A DNA stretch of 64,000 nucleotides from Antechinus flavipes (Eukaryota): NCBI RefSeq assembly GCF_016432865.1, contig NC_067403.1:262756001-262820000 (forward strand), given 5' to 3'. Of the stretch, positions 35,428-47,300 are shown in pieces; the stretch's first letter is position 1; each line of letters begins with the position of its first letter. Made by a program: the position numbers and the translations under genes. The notes under the pieces were generated by a model that was not told the origin of the DNA, did no database searches, and saw only the letters and a list, made by a program, of their open reading frames with translations.

Positions 35428-37106
35428 TCCAGCTGCTGCAAGCCCGGCTGCTGCTAGTCCGGCTTATGTGCTCTTCTTCCTACCAGTTTAAGATCTGCTG
35501 CTCACCCCATTCCCTTCCCTTCGACCTTAATTTAAAGCAGTTGGCCTTCAGCAGGACCCCTCCTCCACTCCCAGCTCCCACCCATACAGCCCCTTTCTCA
35601 GCATCCTTTTGATGACCCAGGATCAGGATTATCTGGGAACCCCGAGTCAGGGATTTCCTGATCTCCTTACTTAGCTAAAAAGCAGCCCTGCCATAGGAGT
35701 GCTCCCTATCCCCTTCCCCCCATCCTTCACACACTTCCCAACCTCCTCAGGCCAAGGGGACATCGCCCTGCCAGGAATACCCAGCAAAGGGTGCCCAGCA
35801 CACCATGCAGACCCCCGGGGAATCTCTTGTTATCTCCAAGGATCATCTGCCCTGCCCCTAGAGGTGGGGCCATCACTGGGGATTGCTGAGTTGCCTCCCA
35901 ACAGCCTTCATTCCTGGATTCCCCAACTCTCTCCTCCAAAGGGTCTCTTTGCTTATCTTGCCTACTTTGGGCTAACCCTGGAAACCCAGGCAATCATTTT
36001 GATTCAATAAAAACTACCCTTAATCCTGAAAATGTCTTGCTTTCCTTCACAAATCTCAGAGTGATCTGCCGCCTGTGCTCTGAGCACTTAGTCAGCCTTT
36101 TTCACAGGCAGGTACATTCTGGGATCTTGGGCTCTGGGTCTGGCCCATTGGGAGATTGGGGGACACTGGCCCAGAACTGGTCCCTTTGCCACATTCCTCT
36201 TAATCAACACTGAGTGACTTCTCTGGGCGGGAGGGTGGGGGCTAATCTCAATTCCAAGAGTTCAAGCTTTTAGAGCCCATTCTGGGAACACAGCACTTGG
36301 CTGTCCAGGGAGTTGGGCTTACATTTTCCAAGGGAAACTCTCAATGTCTAGGGCTTAAGGGGCTGTCCCGATGTCTCCTGCCTGCCCTTCTCCAGTCAGA
36401 CTGGGCTTTGGAAGGATGCAAGTAGAGGAATGGCCTCCCCATTCTCCAGCTGATTCCAAATGCTCTTGCTTTCCCTGAGCAGACGCAGCCCCTGGCCAAC
36501 CACATGGGAGCCATGCTCCCTTCATCTTGAAGCAGTGTACTTGAGTATGAGCACCTCAGGGAGACCCCAGCTTTCTACTGATCTCTACTGAACTGGATCT
36601 GCTTACATCCTCTGCATGTGTTAGGGACTGGTCTGACTGAGACTCTGTTCCAGGGACCAATTGTGCTGTCCTCCTTGGTGTCCTTAGAATTCAGTCCTAT
36701 TTACCATTTTGGGAGGAAAAGGACACATACCGAGCTACACACAGACTGGGAGAAAGAGATTGAGTTTTAGGGACAGAGAGCTATTTTGGGGTCTTAGTGC
36801 TTCACCAAAATATTTCAACAAGAATATGATTAGTAGTGATAAGAAACCCTCAATGGAAAAGGAGAGAGAGAAAAGCTTTGAAAACCATTTCGAAGGAAAA
36901 ACAACAAAAAGCTAAAATAATGTGNNNNNNNNNNNNNNNNNNNNNNNNNNNNNNNNNNNNNNNNNNNNNNNNNNNNNNNNNNNNNNNNNNNNNNNNNNNN
37001 NNNNNNNNNNNNNNNNNNNNNNNNNNNNNNNNNNNNNNNNNNNNNNNNNNNNNNNNNNNNNNNNNNNNNNNNNNNNNNNNNCACCTTGCCCAGATGTGTG
37101 TAACAT

Positions 37107-37290
37107 TTTTTTAATTTTAGCTTTTTATTGACAAAACATATTCATGGGTAATTTTTCAACATTGACCTTTGCAAAAACTTCTGTTCCAACTTTTCCCCTC
37201 CTTCCCCTCCTCTAGATGGCAGGCAGTCCCATACATGTTAAATGCGTTAAAGTACATGTTAAATACAATATATGTATACATATTTATACA
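37107..37290 (-). mobile_element. L1 3' terminal fragment
   Basis: Reverse-complement similarity to the 32560-32660 L1 3' end, with a poly-T head. Confidence 0.7.
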
Positions 37291-38269
37291 ATTTATACTC
37301 TTTTATTTATGTTTTCAACATAACCTACCCTAGACCAAGGGCAAGGATCACTGGTAATGGGAATTACCTAGAAGAGTTTCCTACTAGTTCAGATTCAGTG
37401 CCTCTGTTCTCATCTAGCAGAGATCTAAAACAGCTAGCTAAGGAAATAAGCAAGAGAAAGAAATTGAGGCAATAAGCAAAGGTCAGAGGGATCCCAAGTC
37501 ATTTTTTGCAGAAGGGGATGGGATGGTTTCCCTAAGCTATGACTTAGGATCAGTAAGGCCATGAATAGGGATAAGTCACAGCTTTAAAGAGGTAGCCAGG
37601 GGAAAAAAAGAAATCCATCCTGCCCAGCATTAGCAGCAAGTTCTCTCTCATCCCTACCCTGGGGAAGACAATGAAGCAGCAATTCCATCGGAGGTACAAC
37701 AGAACCCCTTCAGATCCGGAATGTTCCTAGCTTCCTTTTTCACATTTAGAATGCCCACGTCCAGATTTTCAGGGTTTCCTTAGAAACTTCCCAGTCCTCT
37801 CCAGGACAAAGTGTCAACTCTTTGTTCTTTCTACTTTCTTTGCCATTTGCTTCTAACTCTCATTGACTCTGACCATATTTTCAGACTTGCTGTGCACAGG
37901 TAGTTAGCTGCCTGGGCTTAGAAGATGATATCAATTAAAGTGAAACAAAATAAGTGCCATAATCACTCCTGAGTCAATATTAGAACTGAGGCTCTAGTTA
38001 ATGTCCTCCCTTGGAGTCTTATAAGAAGCTGAAACCTTCAGCATGGTTTAAGAAATGGTGAGAAACAGTCAGTGCTTTCCTGGAATGCTTATCTAATACC
38101 ACCAAATCCACAAAGGTTGAAATGCTCTTCATTGAGGAATGATTCTATCCTATCACTTTCAGTAGTAAATGAAAAAAATCTTGTTTCCTATTCAAGCCCC
38201 TCATAACTTCACCCTCTTTCTTTTCCAGCCTTCTTACAACTCCTCTAGGATCCGGTGACAGAAACTGAG

Positions 38270-38600
38270 TTCTCTGCTGTTCCTTAAACAAGACATGCCC
38301 TCTCCAGCCTTCCCTCCCCCCAGGTCCAGAACTCGTTAGTTCTTTCTGCTTTGCCTCCTAATATTTTGGGGATTTGATTTCTTAAATCTCAACTAAAAAC
38401 CCACCTTACATGGAAAATCTTTGATAATTCGCTGTCCTTCAGCACCTCCCTTCTTCAGGCTGGGCCTCCCTTCATAGATCATCACCCATTTACCTGATCT
38501 CCGTTGAATCAGGTTGTTTGCCTCTTTCCCTCTCTATTAGACTGGAAACTCCCTGAGGCCAGAGTCTAGCCTCACTACTCTTTAGATCTCCTTCCTTTTG
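38270..38600 (+). mobile_element. Probable degenerate L2 3' fragment
   Basis: CTGTTCCTTAAACAAGACATG and CTCAACTAAAAACCCACCTT resemble L2 3' consensus as I recall it; not verified by search. Confidence 0.4.
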
Positions 38601-39484
38601 GAGAATGACTTTCTAAATGCTTCAGGACTAACTTCCCAGACCAGTGAGTGAATGAGCTTTAACTCAGGCTGTGGCTGATGGCTTCTGAGCTTGGTTCCTC
38701 CCTCCCCCGGCTCCTCCATGCCCTCCCTCCTGGCTACTTCTGGAATATTTTCTATCCAAAGGTTCTGGCAGTTTCATCTCGGGACAGCAGCCAGTAATGG
38801 CCTGATGGGCAGACCCCTTGAAGTTCCACATTCAGACAGCAGAGGGCAGCCTTGTCCCACATATTCAAGCCAGTTTCCCCAGCAAACACCTGTTTCTGGA
38901 GAGCCAAGTCAGCCCTGGCAGGACCCCACCCACCTATAGATCCTCCCCCTTAGGCAAAGTGGCACTGCGCTGTCCCCTCCCCCAGACTGCCGCCCCCGCC
39001 CAGGCGGCCTTGCTCTTTGCCCAATTCCTCCCTGTTGAAAAGGTGCCAGTCGTGCTGGAGTGCACAGGTGTCTGTAGTGAGGCAAGGGGCAGAGCCCAGA
39101 GCAGAGGAGGCTGGTTTCCTCATACGTAGGGGGAGCAGGTCTCAGTCCGTGTCCAGACTGGGCCTAGGGCCTGGCCTTGCAATCTGCCCCCAGATGGGCC
39201 CAGGCAGTGGAGCTCCAAGCCTCAGGCTAAGGAGACATGAGGATCCGAGCCAGCATGAAGGCAGGTGATCTTTACCAGCACCCAAGGGGGCCTCAGCTAA
39301 GAAGCATATGAGAAGTCACATCAGAGGGCTTCTGGGCCTGAGGTGAGCTCAGAGATCCCTGTTCAGAGCCTGCATAAACATCCCTGTGACTTCCTCCTGA
39401 TGGCTGCTGAGGTCCTGGACTGGGCTAGAGGACCGCTAAATGGCTCCTGATAGATCCAACACTCAGCACAGGGCCTGACCCGCG

Positions 39485-39732
39485 CTGTTCAGTCAATTCT
39501 ATCACATGAAACTCTTTGTGGCCCCTTTGGGGTTTTCTTGGTAGAGATCTTAGAGTGGTTGGCCATTTCCTTCTCTGGCTTGTTTGCAGATGGGGAAACT
39601 GAGGCAGGTAGAGTGAAGTGACTTGTCCAGGGTCCCATAGCTGGTAAGTGTGTGAAGCTGGATTTGAACTCAGGAATATGTTTTTGATTCCAGGTCTGGT
39701 GCTCTGGGCTCTGGGGAGCCACCTGGCTGCCC
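39485..39732 (-). mobile_element. CORE-SINE with RTE-like tail (MAR1-type)
   Basis: Minus strand reads GAGTTCAAATCCAGC...CTGCCTCAGTTTCCCCATCTG...GAGAAGGAAATGGCCAACCACTC...CCAAGAAAACCCCA. Confidence 0.8.
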
Positions 39733-40384
39733 TTGCCCGGCACATAGTAGATGTTTTCTAGAGGGATCCTCTGGCTGGGTAGGTCTAGACTCTGAGCAGC
39801 CTCACCTCCCCTGGAGGCTCATGGACCGGAAGTACAGACAAATGCTCCCATGTCCTCCTGCCCCTCAGTCCCCCTCAGATCCCAGCTTGCAAGATGATCC
39901 CCTCAGAAGGCCCTGGATTGCCCAGAAAGGCAGGACCTCTAAGAACTAGCTTTACCTAGGATTGGGAAATGAGATCTAAGGGCCCATATTGGGGGGACAG
40001 GAAGAGGCCCCAGGGGTTTGTTTGGGCTGCTTGGGGGGGAGCAGCCTACCTGCCCACAGATGCCGAGCTCCCCTCCCCCGTACCCTTCTTCCCTCCCCCC
40101 CCCCAGTCCCCAACAACAAGATCGTGTGCCTGTGGCTCTCCCCAGGCTGGGCCCTTCCCAGAGGAGCTCCAAGCACTCAAAGGCACTGACTGACTCACCC
40201 AAGTTGACTGAGGGCCAATAGACTATGAGGCACCAGCCAGGGCAGCAGCCTCGGCAAAGTAGCAGAGCTTGCCCAGCCCAGCCTGCCCAGTCAAGAGTTG
40301 TGCCCCCCCTCCCCCTGCCCAAGGGGAGAAGCCAGGCGGCCAGGCTCCAGGCCGTCCCCGAGGGCACATCAAGAAGTAGATGGA

Positions 40385-40985
40385 AGTGATGGGAGGGAGG
40401 AGAGAGAAGGCAGAGGAGAAAGGAGGAGGGAGAAGGAGGCGGGAGGAGGGAGAAGGAAGAGGGCAAAGGCTGGAGGGAAAAGGCAGGGGAGAGAAGCCAG
40501 TGGGAGAAGGAAGGAAAAGGAAGAGGGCAAAGGCTGGAGGGAGAAAGGAGGAGAGAGAAGCCAGTGGGAGAAGGAAGGAGGGAGAAGGAAGAGGGCAAAG
40601 GCTGGAGGGACAAAGGAGGAGAGAGAAGCCAGTGGGAGAAGGAAGGAGGGAGAAAGAAGAGGGCAAAGGCTGGAGGGAGAAGGCAGGGGAGAGAAGCCAG
40701 TGGGAGAAGGAAGGAAGGAGAAGGAAGAGGGCAAAGGCTGGAGGGAGAAGTCAGGGGAGAGAAGCCAGTGGGAGAAGGAAGGAAGGAGAAGGAAGAGGGC
40801 AAAGGCTGGAGGGAGAAAGGAAGAGAGAGAAGACAGTGAGAGAAGGAAGAGGGCAAAGGATGGAGGGAGAAGGCAAGGGAGAGAAGGCAGGGGGAGAAGG
40901 AAGGAAGGTTAGAAGGAAGAGGGCAAAGGCTGGAGGGAGAAAGGAGGAGAGAGAAGCCAGTGGGAGAAGGAAGGAGGGAGAAGTT
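40385..40985. repeat. Purine-rich minisatellite (about 60-70-bp unit, about 9 copies)
   Basis: Recurring GAAGAGGGCAAAGGCTGGAGGG and GAGAGAAGCCAGTGGGAGAAGG blocks. Confidence 0.85.
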
Positions 40986-41767
40986 GCTGGACTCCCTACC
41001 TCTAGAAGGGGCCACACGTACCTAAAGCCCTATTGGACACACTAGAAAGCAGCTTCCCAGGCCCAGAGGAAGGCATGGGTCTAGCCCCTGGGGTACCTGC
41101 TGCTCAGGCACTCTTTTGCGGCCTCTTCCTAGTCTCTCACAGCTTTCCAGAGAACATCCAGCCTCCTTTGGGGCCCCAGAAGGGCCTGGCCCTGGCCCTC
41201 AAGCACCTCACGGGCTCTCAGACCACTGGGGCCCTCCTGGGGAACCCCAACTCCTCCCCCTATTTGTTTCCTCTTGATTTCTTCACTACAAATTGGAGGC
41301 TGCCAGGCTGGGCTGCTCCTTGTGACGCTCAGAGACACAGCTCAACAAATAGCAATTAGGCACCTACTCTGTGCTGCTCTAGGAATGGCAGGCGGGCCCA
41401 GGGCTTTCCAGGCTTCCGAGCCTGGCAGGCAGGGGGTGTAGCCCACCTACCCAGAAAGGAGAAGAGCCCTCGCCCCTTAGACCAGCTCCCAGGGCACCAG
41501 AGCCCCAGAACCGAGAGGGCGTGGGAGGCAAAAGCAGTTTGTAAATTTGGTTTTTACTTATTTTCAGTTCCAAATTCTCTCCTTCCCCACTGAAAAGGCA
41601 AGAAAACCAAAATCTGCTAAAAACATGCATGTGGGCAGCTCGATGGCCACGCGCAGGGGAGGGCACCCCCACCTTCGAGTCAGGAGGACCGGAGTTCAAA
41701 GGCTGGCTGTGTGACTTAACCCTGATTTCCTCCCCCCCAAAATGCCGCACCTGACTTTCATGACCTT

Positions 41768-41860
41768 ATTTGGGGTTTTCTTGGCAAAGATACGGGAAGA
41801 GTTGGCCATTTCCTTCTCCAGTTCATTTTACAGATGAGGAAACTAAGGCAAACAGGGCAG
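41768..41860 (-). mobile_element. MAR1/MIR-type SINE fragment
   Basis: GGGGTTTTCTTGGCAAAGATAC...GCCATTTCCTTCTCCAG...ACAGATGAGGAAACTAAGGCA. Confidence 0.65.
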
Positions 41861-42454
41861 CCCCAAGCACAGCGGGAGCCCAGCTGGGGCTCCGATCAGC
41901 AGGCCGGTCATGGGGAGCACTGACACCCCCCCCCCAGCGGGCCTCAAGGGCAGTGGGAGCCGGGCGGTGGTGGAGGAAGGGGGGTCTTGCTGAAGGAAGG
42001 GCAGAAGGGCTGGTGAGCCGATGTGGGAGGGAATGGAGGGGGAGACTCAGGTGCTTTGCAAAGGGAATTCCGGTGATCACTGGGGCGGGGTATGGTGGGA
42101 GGGGGTGAAGAATACAGACCCGACAGTCCCCACCCAACAGCCGGGGAACAGGGTCAGGGCTCCCCTCCCCTTCCCCCGGTGCGACAGGAGGCCAGACTGA
42201 GTGATTGTGAGGAAGGCGGGGCCGGGCCTTAGGAAGAGCCTGAGGTGAGAGGCTGGAGGAGGCCCCCGTGGCTGCATGGAGGAGGAGAGGAAGTGCAGGT
42301 AGACAGTGAAGACCCGGGGCGCCCAGGCTAGGAAGAGCTTGGAACGCCGGGCCAAACGGAGGCTTAGAGCCAGTCCCGGAGAGCCCCCGGAGCAGGCGGT
42401 GACCAGAACGAACCTGCCTCCACTGGCCCCTGCGACTGAGGAAGGGACACCCCT

Positions 42455-42603
42455 AACCGGCCCCGATGAGGCAGGAACCGGCCCCGATGAGGCAGGAACC
42501 GGCCCCCATGAGGCAGGAACCGGCCCCCATGAGGCAGGAACCGGCCCCCATGAGGCAGGAACCGGCCCCCATGAGGCAGGAACCGGCCCCCATGAGGCAG
42601 GAA
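42455..42603. repeat. 21-bp minisatellite AACCGGCCCC(C/G)ATGAGGCAGG x7
   Basis: Read directly. Confidence 0.92.
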
Positions 42604-44176
42604 GTCCCAATGAAGAGACTATTAAAAGGGGCCGGCATTGTGTTGAATGCTTTACAGCCGTCCTGGGAGGGAGGCGCTGTCATTACCCCCATTTTATAGC
42701 TCAGGGAACCGAGGCGGGCAGAAAAGAAAAGAACTGACCAGGGTTCCACTGGGGCAAATTTTGAACAAAGATCTTCTGCACTCCACCGTGGCGCCACCTA
42801 GCGGCCTCCTTTGGGACGTGTCCCGTCGTGCCCCAGAAGCCTGGCCCGCAGCTGGAAGTAGAACCTTCTGCCCTCGCCCCTCCTCGGATCGGAGGCTTCT
42901 CCCCAAACGTGCCCTTCCCGAGGGCGCTCTGGCACCCGCTGCCGTGCGAACTCCCCCAGCTTGCCCCTCCCCCCAGCTCCTTTTCGGGGTTGGCTGTTTC
43001 CTTAGTCATCTCGGGGTCCCGGGGACCCTTTGGGGGGTTTCCTGGCAGCGCCCCTGGCGGGGTTTGCCCTCTCCTCCCGTCTGAGGACTTGGCCAGGATC
43101 TCCCAACTAGGAGGTATCTGAGGCTGGCTGCGGATCTTCGGCCCGGCGCCGGGGCGCTGTGGCGCCGCCTAGCGTCGCTTGTACGCGTGGTTTCTCCCAA
43201 TTCGAATGGAAGCTCTCGGAAGACCAGGACGGCCTTTCCCGGGGTTCTATGCCCGGGCTTGTAGCACTCCTGGCCAGCTAAGTCGGGGCTCACGAGACTC
43301 TCTGGAGACAAGGGGGCTCGTGGGGGCAGCTGGTCTGGCAGCGGCTTGAGCCGCGCCGGCGCAAATAGGGGCGGGCTGGCCGCGATCCAGAGTTCCCTGG
43401 CTCGGGTCTTTGACACGCTGCCCCTTGGGGGCGGAGGGCAGAAGCGTCGCCTTCCAGAGGCCGCTCAGCCACCCAGGGGGCGCCTCTGGCGATACTTTGT
43501 CTCCACGTTACGGCTACTTTGTGTCGGGGTTTTCCTGCGGTCGCCTTCCCTCATCCTGCCCCCCGGAGGCAGCTCCCCGCCGGTTGTCCCTAGTCCCCTT
43601 CCCAGGGCCGGCCCGAGCAGGCGCCTAATCCTGCTGCTCGTTCAATGAATGAATAACCGAACGAATGAATCTCGAGTGTTAGCACTAGACTTCGGGGAGA
43701 GCCGGCGGCAGGAGGGAGGCTTGGGAAGACTTGGGGAGGAGGGGCAGCAGACCCGGTCCGAGCGGAGGGGACTCCCCGGAGGGCCACCGTGCCCTCCCCT
43801 CCCCTTCCCCCCCCTCCCCTAGATGGCTGCTTTCTCTCTCTCTGGGCCTGCCTGGTCCGCAACCTAATTTCCTCTTTGTCAGCGGCGAGAAGAGCCAGCC
43901 TCCCAGGCTCACAATAAACACCCAATCAGTGCGGGCCCTCCCCCTCTCCTCCCCCTCCCCCCTCGGGCGGCCTCACGGAGAGGCCCGAGCCGGCGGCCAG
44001 AGGAACCGGGGCCCCATAGAAACCCCCGCGCCCTCCTCCACCCCCCCACCCCGCAGCTCCGACCCACCCCGGCCCCCTCCCTCCACTGCCTCTCGTACCC
44101 CAAGCCCTCCCCTCCCTCCCGGGTGCCGGCTCTCTCTCTTTTGCTCTCTCTCTCTCTCTCTTGCTGGCTCGCAGGC

Positions 44177-44228
44177 TGACGTCACCTGCCCCTGAGCCGC
44201 CCGCGCTGATTGGCTGCGGGTGACGTCA
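44177..44228. promoter_or_regulatory. Two perfect CREs (TGACGTCA 44177 and 44221) flanking an inverted CCAAT (ATTGG 44209)
   Basis: Read directly. Confidence 0.8.
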
Positions 44229-44299
44229 GGGCTCTTTTTCTCTAGGCATGACCTCATCCTCTAAGCTCTCCCCCTCCCTCCCTGTTCCCCCTCCCCCTG

Positions 44300-44369
44300 T
44301 GTCCCCCCTCCCCCCGCGGCCGCCGCAGTCCTCGCTGTTCCGAGCCAGAGCCGGAGCCCCGCAGCCCGG
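44300..44369 (+). other. DUSP8: Candidate DUSP8 non-coding exon 1 (start approximate)
   Basis: Just downstream of the CRE/CCAAT module, ending at donor CGG|GTAAGG. Alternative donors at 44695 and 44855. Confidence 0.5.
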
Positions 44370-47300
44370 GTAAGGCGAGGCAGGCCCCTCGGGGCCCGGC
44401 CTCAACCGTCAGTCAGTCTGTCCGTGGGCACCCGGGGGTGCGGGGGAGGGGCGGCGCGTGGCTGTGCTGGGGGGGGCGCGTGGGCGCGCGCCAGGCTGGA
44501 CTGGGGGGGGGTGCGCGCGCCGAGCGGAGCGGAGCCGGGGCGCTCCCGGCGGCTGTGCGGGGCGGTGCGGGGCGGGGCGGGCTGCGCACCCAGCGGCCCA
44601 GCCACCCAATTCTCCCTTTGACCTTGGCCGGCCCGTCCCGGCGGCGGCTACAGCGGGGCTGAGCAGCGGGCCTGGGCCGGAGGCGGCGGCACGAGGTGAG
44701 TGCGGGGCTCCCTGCGGCTGCCGCCGGCGGCCTCTGGAGGACTGCCGAGTCCCGACTGACTGACGGCCGCACGGACGGGCCCGGGCTGGGAACTGGGGCC
44801 AGGCTGGCCGGGCTTACTGCGCCCAGCCCCGGCTCCGGGGCGCACCTCGGGGCAGGTGAGCCGCCCGGCCTGGGGGAAGGGGCCGCGGGGGGAGGGGGGT
44901 GGCAGGGGGCAGGGGGGGGGCCGCTGAGGATTAAAGGCAGGGCGGGGCTTCAGGTGCAGTCTTCCTACTCTGCTGCTTTCCCCCCCTTCCCCGGGGCCGG
45001 CCCGAGCGGGGCTGCGCTGTGGACTGGCGGGCCAAGGCGGGGATTCCATTGGGGGGCCCGAAAGGAGTGGCCCACCCAGCCCGCCAGCCCCCCCCCCCAC
45101 CCCGGGCGGCGACATTGTGTGGCTGTAGGGAGCCGAGCGCACCTTTGTGTGGGGGGCCCCCTCCCCAGCACACACCTTGGGCTTCCTGTCTGCGCAGTGG
45201 GAACCTGGGCCCAGGGCTCTGGCTGTGCACCAGCCCCTCCCCTTATCTGTCTTCTTAAATAGTGGGGGGGGGGGGCGCTGTCAAGCGGCGGGCATCCGCT
45301 CCCTTCCGCGGTCCCCACACTCTCGCCTCCTGGGCCTTGGCGGCTGCCCCCAGAACCCAGGTGTTTCCCACTTGGGAAAGAGTGGGGGGCAGTGGGAGAG
45401 CCCGGTCTGGCTGGGCAGCCTGCAACTCCTCAGCCGGGTTTCGGGGCTCCCGGGCTGTGAGAGGCCTGATGAGGTTGCCTGCCCAGCTGGAGGGGAGAAG
45501 AGGGAGGGGGCAGTGGGGGGGGGCGCTGGACCGTTCCTTAGGGCCTGGGATTGCCAGAGGTAAACTTGAACTCCGGCAGGATTTGGGGCCATCTGCTTTG
45601 GGAGGTTTGGACTAGAGAAGCAGGGACAGTGCCCACCCCTTCCCCTCCCCACACATTGAGGACTGGGATCAACAGCTCTTCTTGTAAGTTGCCTGGCCCA
45701 TCTGGGAAGGGAGAGGGAAGGAGGCTGCTGACCCCTGCCCTGCCCCCCTTTCCTCTTCTCTTCTTTCCCTTCCTCCCCGTCTGGTCTCAGTGGAAGCCCC
45801 AAGAGGTGTTCTTGTTCCTCGGTCCTCCCCCCAATGCCCTCCCTTTGCTGATGTCCAGCACCCCGGGTCCTCCTGCTTATTGGCAGCTCCTCCTGACACA
45901 GAGCTTCTCCCTGCTCTAGGATGCAGCCACAGAGAGGCTGGGGGAGCACGCCGCCCCCTTTGTCCACCCCCACCTCCCAGGAGGGAATGAGCATTGGTTC
46001 TGCTGGGCTAAGGCCCAGAACAAGGGATTCCAGACTGGAACCTCGAACCCGTGTCCCCGGTGCTCAGGGAAGGCTGATCTGTCACTGACCACACACACAT
46101 TTATTGTCAGAATAAACAAATGAGTGCTGGGTGGTAGCGGCAGCTGCTCCGCTCCCCTTCTCCCCATGATTCTTAGCGATAAGGCAGGTGAGGCAGGGGA
46201 AATCCTCAGCAGACAAGCCGGGTGGGCGAAAGCCAGTCGCTGCCAGGCTGACGAGGAGACAGCATGCAGACCCATGGGTGCCAAAGAGCTCTGGGCGGGC
46301 CCTACTAGGGTAAAATGCAGAAGGAAAGTGCTGGGGCTAAGGGAGAAGGGCTCTGCCTTCTGGGATTCTCGGGCCTGCAGCAGTGAGCAGAGCCATTTTC
46401 AAGTCTGGCTGCGGTGGAACAAGGGAAAGAGGGGAACAGATAAAGGTGTCCTGGCCCAGCCTCCACCAGGTGCGCCCTAAGGAGGGTGAAAGGCAGGAGG
46501 GAGCATCTGAAGGTGACTCAGCTCAGAATTCAGCTAAGTTGATAAGCTTTATGAACTGCCTACTGTATGCCAGGTACTTTGACTACAAAGACAAAAATGA
46601 AACTGCTTACCCTCCAAGACTTCTGGGGAAAACCAGCTTGGTTATATGGGGAAGCAGCAAGATACAGGGGACTCAGGGCCTTTCTTTAGCTCAGAAAGAA
46701 ACCCTAGCAGCTCCTGCCCCAGCCTCAGCCTCAGCAGGGTCTTCACCAGCAGCATGTTACCCAGAATCCTGGGCAGGCTGGTCCAGGGGCCACTTTAAGG
46801 CCAGGCTCTGACACCTGACAGCCCTATGATCTTGGGCAAGTTGCTTTACTTTTGAAGTCCTTGATGTACCCATCTATAAAATGGGGCTACTCATCCATTA
46901 AAATAATTACCTGGTAATCTTAACGTAAAAATAGGAATAATCATTTGTGGCAAAGCTCGTAGGAGGACTTGACTGCACCCTCGTTCTCCTAAGATCTGAC
47001 AAGTAGCCCCCATTGTCCTGTAGCTGGGGAGATGTCAGGGAAGTCCCCTTTTAGAGGAGAGGAATTTTTTGATGAATTGGCCCAGGGTTCCCCTTGAGAA
47101 GGAGCTCAGCTGGGACTCTAGTTTGATTCTCAGCGCCCTCTCTGGCATCTGATAGCTTTTGGATTAAGGAGCAGAGATATCTTGCCCTCCCTTTGCCTCC
47201 TGAAGTACCATAGGGTGAGGGGGGGGGGGGTGAAGAAGTGGAGGAGACCAGGCTTGTCAATGAATCATTAATGATGAGTTCATCTTGTTTGACCTGGACT

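Larger units (their letters stand above)
43100..45320. promoter_or_regulatory. CpG island / DUSP8 promoter region
   Basis: Dense CpG, GC boxes and several splice donors, about 10 kb upstream of the first coding exon. Confidence 0.8.

Noticed and set aside
4956-35491. Long alternative-frame and antisense ORFs over the KRTAP5 genes ([20 protein letters not shown] repeats; up to 316 aa)
   Set aside because: They are by-products of TGC/AGC/GGC codon repeats that lack stops in other frames; no separate promoter or start context was seen.
39939-41045. 358-aa and 221-aa low-complexity ORFs
   Set aside because: Translations of the purine minisatellite.
42455-42603. Short regular repeats (also 59011-59186, 59590-59745) as possible CRISPR-like arrays
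   Set aside because: They are head-to-tail units with no unique spacers, in a eukaryotic context; these are minisatellites.
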